Virus record (IMG/VR): IMGVR_UViG_3300032665_000006
Location: 69,478 to 133,477 of that record
DNA from: a virus
DNA length: 64,000 nt
Strand: one strand, 5' to 3'
The position numbers and the translations under genes are program-made. Below are positions 46,173 to 56,323 of the stretch, piece after piece; within the stretch, counting starts at the first letter, position 1; the number at the start of each line of letters is the position of its first letter. The notes beneath the pieces are model-generated. The model did no database searches. It was not told the DNA's origin and saw nothing but the letters and a program-made list of their open reading frames with translations.

Positions 46173-46771
46173 TTAGAATTCCTTTTGAATAGTTCTTTTC
46201 GTGCTTCAGATATTTTTTTACAAGTTTCTGGAGAACGCTTTTTACCTTTGTGGAGCAACGATATTTTTTGTTTGAATTCCTCACTTCGTGGAACCATTAT
46301 TTGTTTAGCTCTAGCATCTTTTATTTTTTGTTTTGTTTCGTCACTATGCTTTTTTCCTAACATAGTAGGCGCTTGTTTTGCTCTAGCAGTTCGAATCTTT
46401 TCTTTACTAGACTCTGTATGTCTATAGTTTTTACTATTTTCTCTAATTTTTTGTCTAGTGGACTCTTTTACAGTACCGTAACTACCTCCCATTAATCCAT
46501 CTTCGGGTTTAATGTTAGCCCATTCTGCTGACTCGACAATTTTGTTTTCTGTAGAAAATTTTAAAGCGTATTCGACTAATGTTTCTTTATTATCGAATAG
46601 CTGACACCAAACGGTAGTAACATCTAGACCGTGTTTATTAAGATGTGCCCGCCAGTGTACGCCAGATCCTAAATATTTGTTAGGATCCCGTATAGTTTTT
46701 CCAAAGTATTTTAGACCGGTAGTATTATGTTGCTTAATGTACAACCAGGTAGGTTTAAACGGTTTCGACAT
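46169..46771 (-). CDS. free-standing Seg/GIY-YIG-like homing endonuclease with NUMOD3 repeats
   Basis: LYIKQH..TGLKYFGKT...YLGSG; HS.ETK.KI repeats. Confidence 0.8.
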   Translation of the reverse strand: MSKPFKPTWLYIKQHNTTGLKYFGKTIRDPNKYLGSGVHWRAHLNKHGLDVTTVWCQLFDNKETLVEYALKFSTENKIVESAEWANIKPEDGLMGGSYGTVKESTRQKIRENSKNYRHTESSKEKIRTARAKQAPTMLGKKHSDETKQKIKDARAKQIMVPRSEEFKQKISLLHKGKKRSPETCKKISEARKELFKRNSK

Positions 46772-46809
46772 AGTATATTATTTAGTCATAATATACCTAC
46801 TTATTTCAT

Positions 46810-47022
46810 TTATTTGAACCCACCGCCATCAATTTTAAGTTCAATAACCTGGTCCTGCTGGGGCTTTAATGCGGCTGTTTGTAGGGTTCTAAGTTCAAGT
46901 AATAGCTCGGTTAAGTCCGCGGCCATGCCTTTAGCATCTTTCATTGGCATAACAAAGTCTTTACTACCCCGAGCATCATTACCTCGAACCCGCTCAATAA
47001 ATTTTTGTAAGTGTAAGCTCAA
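46810..47022 (-). CDS. hypothetical protein
   Basis: Ends IDGGGFK. Confidence 0.55.
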   Translation of the reverse strand: MSLHLQKFIERVRGNDARGSKDFVMPMKDAKGMAADLTELLLELRTLQTAALKPQQDQVIELKIDGGGFK

Positions 47023-47393
47023 TGTTCTCTCTTTAAAAAGTTAGCTAGCTTAGGTGGTTCCCATCCCAATGGTTTAAGAATTTTACCATCTTCACGACGG
47101 CGTACTTTGCCCAGTTGACGGTCAATTTTGGCAAAGTTAGTAGCCATTACCTCACGCCAAGCACCTTCACCATCTGCGCCCATCGAATTGATTGCTCCGA
47201 TAGTAACGACAATAATATCGATTAAAGCATCAAGAGTTTCAACTTGATTTTTATTAGCAATAGCTACTTGTAGCTCGTCGTATTCTTCTGTAATCAATTT
47301 GGAGTAAAGTCTAAACTGATCATCATTCATGCCTGAGATAGTCTGCTCGCAAGCTGTCATAAATTTTGCTGAATCCTTAAACGGGTTTGTCAT
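47019..47393 (-). CDS. MazG-like/PRA-PH nucleotide pyrophosphohydrolase
   Basis: EEYDE...DALID...N.AK...DGKILKP. Confidence 0.8.
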   Translation of the reverse strand: MTNPFKDSAKFMTACEQTISGMNDDQFRLYSKLITEEYDELQVAIANKNQVETLDALIDIIVVTIGAINSMGADGEGAWREVMATNFAKIDRQLGKVRRREDGKILKPLGWEPPKLANFLKREH

Positions 47394-48010
47394 ACTTTTT
47401 CCTTTTTCTTTAATTGTGCGTTGCGTCTTGCTTCGGACCAAGGCTTACCTTTATGCTGTGATCCATAAATCTTTTTTCTCTCTTCTTCTGTAAGAGAACT
47501 TCTATGTTGTAATGCCTTTTCTTGCATCACTACTTTTGTATCTTCTGAATGTTCTTTATCTCTAAACGGATTATTTTCCTTCATCCATTCTCTGTGTTTT
47601 TCTTTTCTTCTCTTTGCTTCTTCTTTATCCTGTTGTATCTCTTCGTAAGTCTTGCCTTTGTTTTTACCTGGCTTACCTCTGCTGGCATTGCCTATTTTAG
47701 TTTTTGCTTCTTCGGTATGACTAAACGGACCACCATCGCCTGCTTCTGGTTTTAAGTTAGCCCACTCTGGACTATCTACTACCTGCCATAAGTCACTGTA
47801 GTACAGGCCCCAGGCTCTTATTTCTTCATTATCTTTACACTCTTTTAATATTTCTGTATCAACATCATTGCCGTGTTTCTCGATATGAGCTGACCAACGC
47901 TTACCAGAACCTTTGTAAGTGTACGGATCTTGATTAGTCTTACCTAAATATTTTAATCCGGTTTTACGATGAGTTTTAATGTACAAGTAAATCATATTGT
48001 ACTTAGTCAT
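47390..48010 (-). CDS. free-standing Seg/GIY-YIG-like homing endonuclease
   Basis: YLYIKTHRKTGLKYLGKT...YKGSG; NUMOD3. Confidence 0.8.
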   Translation of the reverse strand: MTKYNMIYLYIKTHRKTGLKYLGKTNQDPYTYKGSGKRWSAHIEKHGNDVDTEILKECKDNEEIRAWGLYYSDLWQVVDSPEWANLKPEAGDGGPFSHTEEAKTKIGNASRGKPGKNKGKTYEEIQQDKEEAKRRKEKHREWMKENNPFRDKEHSEDTKVVMQEKALQHRSSLTEEERKKIYGSQHKGKPWSEARRNAQLKKKEKV

Positions 48011-48200
48011 CGTAAAGGGTTAGTCATTTATTTCTCTTGTATCTTTTTCACTTCTATACAAGCCCATCCCGATGCTGATTTAACAAGTACTCCATCATTC
48101 ATTTCGCATTGGTTAGCTCTTTGTATTTGCTGATAAATCAAAAAAGGAACGGATAACAATATCAATAAAAGTATTGGCGGCCAAATTTTTTCAATTAAAT

Positions 48201-48650
48201 TCATTTAGGTAGTGCCTCTTCTTTAGTTTGAAATGGACCCTCGTAAGGGTAGCGTTGTAATACAATTAATTTAGGATCTTGCATAGCCGCCCAATGACGA
48301 CCTTTCTTGACTGTGTACCAACCAGCCGCATACCAAGATTTACTTTTCTTTGTTTTAGTGTAAACTGGTAGCTTTTGTGGAACGTCCCACATAGGATTAT
48401 ATACACGACCTGCTGCCGGAAAGCCATGTACTATATTGGTTGTTTTCTTTTTCTCAGGTTTAATAATAGCTTCAAAAGTAACATTGATATTTCGTTCAAC
48501 TAATTTAATACTTTTGTATTGTGCTACTACTTGATTATTAATCTTAACTTGATAGCCGCCATCGCAGGCTTCAATGTTCCCTACTTTATTATTATTTTCT
48601 TGTAAAATCCAAAACTGTTTATCTATTACGGGTTTAGCTACTAGACTCAT
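48201..48650 (-). CDS. hypothetical phage protein
   Basis: YTKT.KSKSWYAAGWY...PK...LQRY..GP. Confidence 0.65.
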   Translation of the reverse strand: MSLVAKPVIDKQFWILQENNNKVGNIEACDGGYQVKINNQVVAQYKSIKLVERNINVTFEAIIKPEKKKTTNIVHGFPAAGRVYNPMWDVPQKLPVYTKTKKSKSWYAAGWYTVKKGRHWAAMQDPKLIVLQRYPYEGPFQTKEEALPK

Positions 48651-48830
48651 TTAGTCATCCTTTTTCTACATTGTTCTTTTACTGCTACAGGATAGTCGGG
48701 ACTAATCTCTGCGATACCACAATCATACTTTACTGTTACATGGCGTACATCTGCGGGCCAAAATGCTAAGGCTAATATAGTTAACAATACAGCAAATGTT
48801 ACCGTAGTCCAAAACATATCTTTAGCCATA

Positions 48831-49043
48831 TTATTCTTCAACTCCAAAATGTTCTTTAATTACTCTGCCTACACCTAGAGTAATACCTTCGGCTTCTGAA
48901 TTATGGTCATTGGCAACTTCGGCACATTCCTGAACAATCAACTCGGCGAACTTGGCTAAATCGTCGTGCGACATATTGCCATCGCTTAGATTATTATCAG
49001 TGATACCAGCCTGTTCAGCAAGTTGTTTAATCTTCTCGTTCAT
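48831..49043 (-). CDS. MNE family small protein
   Basis: MNEKIKQLAEQAG...KFAELIVQEC...HFGVEE. Confidence 0.65.
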   Translation of the reverse strand: MNEKIKQLAEQAGITDNNLSDGNMSHDDLAKFAELIVQECAEVANDHNSEAEGITLGVGRVIKEHFGVEE

Positions 49044-49216
49044 TGCTTTAATTCCCAAATTTAATTGTATGCTACTATTGTAACAGAATTTAACCATACG
49101 GTCAACTATTTTGGTAACCTAATAAAATTAACGAAAGATAAATATGAACTAAATAAGTGTAGTTCGCGATCCTGGCAGATCCAACTACTCTAACAGTTAA
49201 AAAGGAACTATTAGCA

Positions 49217-49957
49217 ATGACTATTTACACGCTTTACATTAAGACGCATAAGAAAACAGGACTAAAATATTTAGGTCAAACTCATTACGATCCCTATGAA
49301 TACAAAGGTTCGGGGATTGATTGGAAAAAACATATTAAACAGTATGGAGACGATATTACTACTCAAGTTATTTATTCCGGAAAAAATCGTAATGAAATGT
49401 CGTCCTTGGGCAGATATTACAGCAACCTATACCGCATTACAACTTCTGTGGATGATTTTGGCAACAGAATTTGGGCTAACAGAACTATAGAAAACGGTGG
49501 AGGCGGATGGAACATAGGTAAAACATACTCTACAGAAGAACGAAAAAAGTTTGGGCATACTAAGCATAAGGGTTCTAAACGAACAGATAAACAAAAACAA
49601 AAAATGAAGGATAATCACGCAGATTTTTCTGGTAGCAATAATCCTAACTATGGCAAAAAAGCAAAAGATTCAACACTTACAAAAATGAGAGTCTCAAAAG
49701 TAAGAGTATGTCGCATAGTTGATCGCAAAGAAATGTCTGTAAACGAACTTACTGGCTGGATTAAGCGAGGCTGTAATCTAAAAGACAACTATCGACATGA
49801 TCCTACTATCTATTCATTTACTAACCTAATAACTAACGAAACTATTACTGCTACTAAACGAGAAATGATTGAACGATACAATCTAGATCAAAGTGCTATG
49901 AGTAGAGTATTAACCAGAAAGTTAAAATCTACTAAGGGATGGTCTTTAACTTTGTAG
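49217..49957 (+). CDS. free-standing Seg/GIY-YIG-like homing endonuclease
   Basis: LYIKTHKKTGLKYLGQT...YKGSG; NNPNYGK; C-terminal HTH-like. Confidence 0.8.
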   Translation: MTIYTLYIKTHKKTGLKYLGQTHYDPYEYKGSGIDWKKHIKQYGDDITTQVIYSGKNRNEMSSLGRYYSNLYRITTSVDDFGNRIWANRTIENGGGGWNIGKTYSTEERKKFGHTKHKGSKRTDKQKQKMKDNHADFSGSNNPNYGKKAKDSTLTKMRVSKVRVCRIVDRKEMSVNELTGWIKRGCNLKDNYRHDPTIYSFTNLITNETITATKREMIERYNLDQSAMSRVLTRKLKSTKGWSLTL

Positions 49958-50947
49958 TGATCCAGTGTAGTGCTTATTAAGCCAATCACCAAATGTTGCT
50001 GCGTTTTCGCTTACCTTTGTAAGTTCGTAACGCCCACAAAATTTAAGGAAGTGACTACCAACTTGTCCTACATCCTTGTGACTAATTTGTTCCTTAATAG
50101 TATCATCTACTACTTCTTTAACATCATCTGGTTGCGCTGTTAAATCTACTAATGCTACATTACGCTGATAATCGTCCAACACACGATGTTCTACACCATC
50201 TGGATCCGTCCAGCGTTGTAGCATCATATTGTTCCAATTATATCCCTTTTTGTCCTTGTCAGCGAATGCCTCCACAAGGCCAACCTTGTTTTTAGTGCCC
50301 TTTGTTCTGACACCGGGAAATGCCGAAAAGACATTGTCGCTCGAATCGCCGCGCATACATTTCTCAAAAAGTAACCACTGTGGATCCGGTATTGTTTTTG
50401 GTTCTTTAGTTTTCTTGTCGATGACTGGTCTACCTTTGGCATCAAAGATTCCTTCTATAGTATGTAATTCGTCGGTAATTCCGTTATACTGCTTGACATT
50501 TTGTGCTAATAATTGAACAAAGTCAGTATCACTGCTGATAATAACGTGTTCATCTTGTGGATGTAATGCGATCCAACGAGCTATAATATCATCCCCTTCT
50601 GCTGTTGGGCAACGGATAACACTACAGTTTGTTTTCTCTGACAAGTATTTAGTCAAGGAATCATAGGTTTCCCAGAACATCTTATCTTCTTCTTGTTCTG
50701 CTTCTGTAAGCGCAGCTCTAGATACAGCACGATTAGCCTTATATGGTTTGTAGAAGTCTTTGCGCCAACTGCGCCCTTCTAAAGCAAATACCACATGATC
50801 CGCCTCAAATCGACGAGCCATTTTGTTAGCGGCCATTAATGTTACATGGAGGGCAAATCCTACCTTTTCCCAAGTATCACTAGCACGAAAGGCTCCATGT
50901 CTAGCACGAAAGAAAAGATTAGCGGTATCTATAAGAACATATTTCAT
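49946..50947 (-). CDS. rnh: T4 RNase H-like 5'-3' exonuclease / flap endonuclease
   Basis: LIDTAN, YKANR, EGDD, SSDTD, RGDSSDN. Confidence 0.85.
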   Translation of the reverse strand: MKYVLIDTANLFFRARHGAFRASDTWEKVGFALHVTLMAANKMARRFEADHVVFALEGRSWRKDFYKPYKANRAVSRAALTEAEQEEDKMFWETYDSLTKYLSEKTNCSVIRCPTAEGDDIIARWIALHPQDEHVIISSDTDFVQLLAQNVKQYNGITDELHTIEGIFDAKGRPVIDKKTKEPKTIPDPQWLLFEKCMRGDSSDNVFSAFPGVRTKGTKNKVGLVEAFADKDKKGYNWNNMMLQRWTDPDGVEHRVLDDYQRNVALVDLTAQPDDVKEVVDDTIKEQISHKDVGQVGSHFLKFCGRYELTKVSENAATFGDWLNKHYTGSLQS

Positions 50948-50978
50948 ACAAACAGTATAGCAGAACTTATATTAAAAG

Positions 50979-51521
50979 TCAAACGAAATTGTTGGTAATA
51001 ATGTAATTTAGGAGTAAACGGTTCCAAAAAGAATGCCCGTCTTTACCAAAATGCTTAGAATTTGGGGATACCGTTTCGATATTGGCATTACGAATTTTAT
51101 CTTCGTAAGTATCTGATATAAAGCTATTGTTCCAATCGTGTTGGATGTTAAAAGATTGGCTACTGTTAAAAAATATATGTTTAATATTTTGGTTGGCTAA
51201 TTCCAAATGAAATTGCCAAATTTTTCCTTCATCTTCAGCAGTAGCAGGCCATTGGATAATAACTAAAACATCCTGCTTTTTCTCGTCTAACCATTTTTTT
51301 GTTGCGGCTATAATATCATCGGTGGTATTATCAACATACGCTTCGCAATGAAAACTATAACGAAGGGCTAGACTTAACATCTTGCCCCAACTGATTGCTA
51401 TATTATCAGGATGCGGTAGTTGGCCTAAATGAGCTATTCTTGCGTCATCGCCGGCAACAATATATTGATTTACAGCTTCGGCGGCTGTGGTGTGACTATC
51501 ACCGTTTACATATAATATCAT
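50979..51521 (-). CDS. SGNH hydrolase-like protein
   Basis: NGDSH N-terminus, HFGKDGH C-terminus. Confidence 0.55.
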   Translation of the reverse strand: MILYVNGDSHTTAAEAVNQYIVAGDDARIAHLGQLPHPDNIAISWGKMLSLALRYSFHCEAYVDNTTDDIIAATKKWLDEKKQDVLVIIQWPATAEDEGKIWQFHLELANQNIKHIFFNSSQSFNIQHDWNNSFISDTYEDKIRNANIETVSPNSKHFGKDGHSFWNRLLLNYIITNNFV

Positions 51522-51991
51522 TGTTGTTTTAAGAGTTTAAAAGTTTCAGCTTCGACTACACGTCTGCGTAAACTACTACTTGAAAACGAATGGTCACGAT
51601 CGTTAAAAATACATTCGATACCTCGTCGATAACATTCACTCTTTCCAGTAAATTCTTTATCCTCATACTCAATACCCAATACACGAACATCCAAAGGCAG
51701 TATTAGAAGCAAATCAACTAAGTCTTGTTCTGTTTGATAAACAACAACTTCGTCTACATAGCGACAAGCGGCTAATTGTATTTGCCGTTCAACAATACTT
51801 TGTACAGGTTTGTTTTTAGTATCTCGGTCAATAGTAGGATCTGTTTGCAATCCAGCAATTAAGTAATCACAATGGTTCTTAGCTTCGGATAGCATAGCAA
51901 TATGCCCAGCGTGTAGCATATCAAAAGTACTAAAGGTAATACCAATCTTTTTACCTTCTTCTGTAAGTCTGCGAATGTGATTAAAAATCAA
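51518..51991 (-). CDS. cytidylyltransferase (TagD-like)
   Basis: TFDMLHAGH, YVDEV, SSS motifs. Confidence 0.85.
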   Translation of the reverse strand: MIFNHIRRLTEEGKKIGITFSTFDMLHAGHIAMLSEAKNHCDYLIAGLQTDPTIDRDTKNKPVQSIVERQIQLAACRYVDEVVVYQTEQDLVDLLLILPLDVRVLGIEYEDKEFTGKSECYRRGIECIFNDRDHSFSSSSLRRRVVEAETFKLLKQQ

Positions 51992-52353
51992 CTTACTTCA
52001 CTCCTGCCATCGCCAACATCGCGACTTTTAACTACTCGCGGCGACATTGCTTCGTATTGTTCTGCTGTTTCTAATACTACATTACGACATACTGCGGTAA
52101 ACCAACGATCAATAATATCTGCGTCTGTATCTTTAGGATCCATCATATAGCCATGGCGAACCAAATCGGCAATCATTTTGTCATTCCAATCAAATTCAAA
52201 TGCGCCTGAATTAATATCGTTAGGATCTATGTCCATACTTAATACTTCAAAGTATGCTTCGCCTTTTTCAGTAGCAACTTGTTTAGCTGACTTAGCTTGT
52301 TGTTGCGCTACAGCCGCAATTGGCTTCTTTTTAAAAAAATCAAATATTCCCAT
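51988..52353 (-). CDS. hypothetical phage protein
   Basis: FEFDWN...IIDRWF. Confidence 0.6.
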   Translation of the reverse strand: MGIFDFFKKKPIAAVAQQQAKSAKQVATEKGEAYFEVLSMDIDPNDINSGAFEFDWNDKMIADLVRHGYMMDPKDTDADIIDRWFTAVCRNVVLETAEQYEAMSPRVVKSRDVGDGRSEVS

Positions 52354-53456
52354 TACTGATCCTTAAACAAATTTATTTCTTCCCATGGCAAATCTTTTTT
52401 GCCAAAGTGACCATAGTTAGTAGTCTTACTGTATATAGGTCTAAACAGCTTAAAGCGATTAATAATACCTAACGGAGTTAAATCTACATTATTATAAATC
52501 CACTCTGTTAACGCACGACTATCACCGTCTGACTCTATATAAAAACTCATAGGTTGTGCTACCCCAATAGCATAACTAATTTGTACAGTAGCCCAGTTAG
52601 CACGACCAGCGGCAACAATATTCTTAGCCAAATAGCGAGCCATGTAAGCGGCGCTACGGTCTACCTTAGTAGGATCCTTGCCACTAAACGCACCACCGCC
52701 GTGTGGGCTATATCCACCGTATGTGTCTACAATAATCTTACGACCTGTTAATCCTGTGTCACCATCAGGACCACCTACTACAAAACGCCCTGTTGGGTTA
52801 ATATAAAATTCTGTCTTTTCATCTACAAATTCTGTAGGTAATATATTACGAATAATATTGCCAACGTCTTTACGAACAGTTTCGATATCAACATCGGCAT
52901 TATGTTGTGTAGAACAAACTACTTTAGCAATACGAATAGGTTTGGCATCATCGCTGTATTCAAAAGTAACTTGACTCTTAGCATCTGGTCCAAGATAGTT
53001 AAGTACACCTTGTTTACGAACTTGTGTTAACCCTTCTACAATTCTATGACTCCAGTAAATTGCCGAAGGCATAAAGTTTTCTGTTTCGTTACAAGCATAT
53101 CCAAACATTAATCCTTGGTCGCCTGCGCCAAAGTTGTCTGTGCCTAACGCAATATCTGCGGACTGGCCATGTAGCAAGTTAATAATTTTAACAGTACGCC
53201 AATCAAATCCTGACTGCTCGTAACCAATATCTTTGATGACTCGACGAATAGCTGATTCTACTTCTTCTGAATGTAATACACCTTTATATTCTCCAGCAAC
53301 AATTACTGTATCTGTAGTTACCAATGTTTCACAAGCACAACGAAGACTAGTGTCTTCTTTACTCATTACTAAATCTAAAATAGCATCACTAATAGCATCT
53401 GCTACTTTGTCTGGATGTCCTTCTGATACTGATTCGCTTGTGAATAGATAGCTCAT
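52353..53456 (-). CDS. metK: S-adenosylmethionine synthetase
   Basis: FTSESVSEGHPDK, GAGDQG, GGGAFSGKD. Confidence 0.97.
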   Translation of the reverse strand: MSYLFTSESVSEGHPDKVADAISDAILDLVMSKEDTSLRCACETLVTTDTVIVAGEYKGVLHSEEVESAIRRVIKDIGYEQSGFDWRTVKIINLLHGQSADIALGTDNFGAGDQGLMFGYACNETENFMPSAIYWSHRIVEGLTQVRKQGVLNYLGPDAKSQVTFEYSDDAKPIRIAKVVCSTQHNADVDIETVRKDVGNIIRNILPTEFVDEKTEFYINPTGRFVVGGPDGDTGLTGRKIIVDTYGGYSPHGGGAFSGKDPTKVDRSAAYMARYLAKNIVAAGRANWATVQISYAIGVAQPMSFYIESDGDSRALTEWIYNNVDLTPLGIINRFKLFRPIYSKTTNYGHFGKKDLPWEEINLFKDQ

Positions 53457-53698
53457 TAATTTCCTTTTAATTTCCATATAAGATGTTCGGTACTGCTATG
53501 CCATTTGTATTGATACGCTGGTTCGCCTGGCCCGGACCATCCAGCTACGCCACGATAGGCATATTCTAGCCAGATTAACTTATTACTTAGCGCACATTTA
53601 TGGGGTAGCCAAGAAAATTTGAGTTCCCAAAATGCCTTTCTATAAAAAGGATCGATTAAATCAGGTATAGGCATACCATGAAATCCTTGTGGATACAA

Positions 53699-54553
53699 TC
53701 AAGTACCCCAGTCGTTTTTCCAAAGAACCACTTGAAGTCTATCACTATAGCGTAAGCCATTTGCCATAGCTAGTTCTGCTACTCGACGATTATTCAAAGT
53801 ATAAACACTTTCAACCCCGCCAACTGGCATTAAGTAAATTGGGCCTTTAAACCCAGCCGCTTGATAAATTTGCGATACTGCTAGTGCTTCTTCGGCATCT
53901 TCTTCTGTAGAGATTACAAATTTTAAATAAGTGTATCCAACTTCTTGATATTCGCAAACTACTTCAGGCTTAATAGCATCTTCACGCAATTCACCAGAGC
54001 AACTTAATTTAGCACTAACACTAAATGTAACTTGTTTAGGCTTGCCAACTCCATCTAATGACCAGTTAATCAAAAACTCTTTAAACTCTGGACTTAGCTT
54101 TTGAGTGCCATTCGTTTCAAAAGTAATTTCTCGTAAATTGGCCATCTTAGGATTGTTCAGCAAGTCTGGATAAGCACGTTGCCAACCTAACAAAGGTTCT
54201 CCGCCTGTGATAACCAAGTGCTCAGTGCCCCACTGACCAAATGGCAGAATCTCCATAATGCGATTAGCAATAGCATCTGACTCCATTAAAGGACTTAAAT
54301 CTTTAAAGCGCGGATCCCAACTAGCATAGCTATCACATCCTGTACTTACTAATGGCAAGTCTTCATATTTGGTAAACATATGAGCAACTTCTGCTATTTC
54401 TTCTACTTCTGTGCTAAGTTGACCTTTGGGCATACCAAATCCAGCACAGCGGAAATTACAGCCGAAAGTTCTAAGGAATATACTGGGCACTCCCATATAG
54501 CGACCTTCGCCTTGAATACTATAAAATAGTTCTGCTACTTTTAATTTACTCAC
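53699..54553 (-). CDS. queE: 7-carboxy-7-deazaguanine synthase (radical SAM)
   Basis: ELFYSIQGEG, FLRTFGCNFRC...CD, TGGEP, ETNG. Confidence 0.9.
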   Translation of the reverse strand: MSKLKVAELFYSIQGEGRYMGVPSIFLRTFGCNFRCAGFGMPKGQLSTEVEEIAEVAHMFTKYEDLPLVSTGCDSYASWDPRFKDLSPLMESDAIANRIMEILPFGQWGTEHLVITGGEPLLGWQRAYPDLLNNPKMANLREITFETNGTQKLSPEFKEFLINWSLDGVGKPKQVTFSVSAKLSCSGELREDAIKPEVVCEYQEVGYTYLKFVISTEEDAEEALAVSQIYQAAGFKGPIYLMPVGGVESVYTLNNRRVAELAMANGLRYSDRLQVVLWKNDWGT

Positions 54554-54839
54554 CGAATTCCTCTCTCATCATTTGATCATGTTCATTTTCTTCTTTAGCA
54601 CCTTTCCGTGCTTTTTGTTCTTGATAGCCGCGACTACCGTCTCCTTTGCCTTTTACTCTGCGCCCACACTCCGTACATTCGTGAAATCCTTGTACAAACT
54701 CTTTTCCACTATCAAATGTTATTACTTCTGTGCCTTCGATTGTGAATTTTTTGTAACACTGGTTAAAGGTACAAACCACTTTCATAGTTTCAGGATCTAT
54801 AAAAGATACGTCTACTTTTTTCTTTGACAATTTACTCAT
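54546..54839 (-). CDS. zinc-ribbon hypothetical protein
   Basis: CxxxxC...CxxC. Confidence 0.5.
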   Translation of the reverse strand: MSKLSKKKVDVSFIDPETMKVVCTFNQCYKKFTIEGTEVITFDSGKEFVQGFHECTECGRRVKGKGDGSRGYQEQKARKGAKEENEHDQMMREEFGE

Positions 54840-55390
54840 TTCTTCCACCACCCTTCATAAGGAAAATTAACCCATCGAGGGTCTTCGTTTTTATTAATCT
54901 CCATACCAGCATAGTTAATAGTTAATTCACTCTTACTTGGTAAGTTATCGATTAGTACTGCTACTCGTACATTGTTGCCCCAAACTTGTTCCCAAACTTC
55001 TGTAGCCTGCGGTAAGCAACTTGATTGCCAATCTTGTTTAATCCAGTTTAGAGTAGCACCTGTATCATTAATATCATCAACGATAAGAATATTTTTGCGT
55101 AGCTTTTTCTTAGAATATGATTCGTGATCTTTGCGGATTTCTAAGTTGACATACCCAAAGGCATCACTTGCCATTCCGCAATCACTTACACAATCTTGAT
55201 CATCCCGTAATGATACTTTAAGTGTTTGCATTGGCACGTCTAGATATTGGGATATAAGAACAGCTGGAAGTAACCCGCCACGAGTAAGTCCTACAACATA
55301 ATCGGGTTTCCAGCCGTCTTTCGTAATTTGACGTAGAATGTCTTGAGTTAAACATTCTACGTCTTTGTAAGTTAAATTAGTATGGTCCAT
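54836..55390 (-). CDS. type I phosphoribosyltransferase (Gpt-like)
   Basis: RGGL, LIVDDINDTGAT, W..FP.E. Confidence 0.85.
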   Translation of the reverse strand: MDHTNLTYKDVECLTQDILRQITKDGWKPDYVVGLTRGGLLPAVLISQYLDVPMQTLKVSLRDDQDCVSDCGMASDAFGYVNLEIRKDHESYSKKKLRKNILIVDDINDTGATLNWIKQDWQSSCLPQATEVWEQVWGNNVRVAVLIDNLPSKSELTINYAGMEINKNEDPRWVNFPYEGWWKK

Positions 55391-55396
55391 ACAAGT

Positions 55397-55425
55397 ATTA
55401 TACACACTTGTATTTAGGTCGTCAA
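55397..55425 (-). promoter_or_regulatory. sigma70-like promoter
   Basis: TTGACG-N17-TATAAT, ATG 6 nt downstream. Confidence 0.7.
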
Positions 55426-55429
55426 GCTA

Positions 55430-56323
55430 TTACGATAAAATTTGGCGAATACCTTCTTCAAACGACATAGGATTATAGTCAGGCATAATCGAACGAAGTT
55501 TGGTAATATCAGGACGGCGATTAGCAACAGAACCTGGCATACTTGGTAACTGTTCAAATACTGCGTCTGGATGACCTAATTCGGTAGCAATAACTTTAAC
55601 AGCATCACCAATTGAAATCTCGCGGTCATTGCCCACATTAACCAATTCACGAGTAGTGTTTTCGGCAACATAGATACTAGCACGGATAGCATCTGATACA
55701 TGACAGAAGCTACGAGTTTCTTGTGCGCCGATTACAGAGAAAATACCGTTTTTAATCTTGTTAATTTGGTCACCTAAGAAATGACCTTGTTTACTGTTTT
55801 CACCATATACATTAAAGTAACGGATCATAACATAAGGTAAGTCCGAATTAGCCAAATAGTTTTCACTAGTAATCTTAGCCAAACGATAACTCCAACGAGC
55901 ATTGTGTATATCTTTAATAAACACATCTGAATTCTCTGGAACTGGACTCGTAGGATCATCTGCTACAATTTCACTGCTCGAAGCATATACTAAGCTCTTA
56001 AGATTAGTACATTTACGAGCAAAATTGAAAATGTTTAAATCGCAAACAAAGTTATTTTCTAATACCTTGTTAGGCATTTTGTAAAAGTTAGTTGTACCGT
56101 TAATAGCACCATAGTGATAAATGTAATCAAAATCAGTTGGCAATAATTCATCAAACAATACTGTGTTATTTAAGTCAGCGGCAACAAACTTATCACAATC
56201 AGGAATACTTGAACTACGACTATGATTATCTAGTGCCCATACTTCATTGCCAGCGGCTTTAAGTTGTTTACAAAATTCTGTGCCTAGCAATCCGCTAGCG
56301 CCTGTAATTAAAATTTTAGCCAT
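55430..56323 (-). CDS. NAD-dependent epimerase/decarboxylase
   Basis: TGASGLLG, YRLAK, RYFNVYG. Confidence 0.9.
   Translation of the reverse strand: MAKILITGASGLLGTEFCKQLKAAGNEVWALDNHSRSSSIPDCDKFVAADLNNTVLFDELLPTDFDYIYHYGAINGTTNFYKMPNKVLENNFVCDLNIFNFARKCTNLKSLVYASSSEIVADDPTSPVPENSDVFIKDIHNARWSYRLAKITSENYLANSDLPYVMIRYFNVYGENSKQGHFLGDQINKIKNGIFSVIGAQETRSFCHVSDAIRASIYVAENTTRELVNVGNDREISIGDAVKVIATELGHPDAVFEQLPSMPGSVANRRPDITKLRSIMPDYNPMSFEEGIRQILS

Noticed and set aside
46169-49957. Group I introns around the endonuclease genes
   Set aside because: The ORFs abut or overlap their neighbours, leaving no room for an intron core, and the flanking genes are intact.
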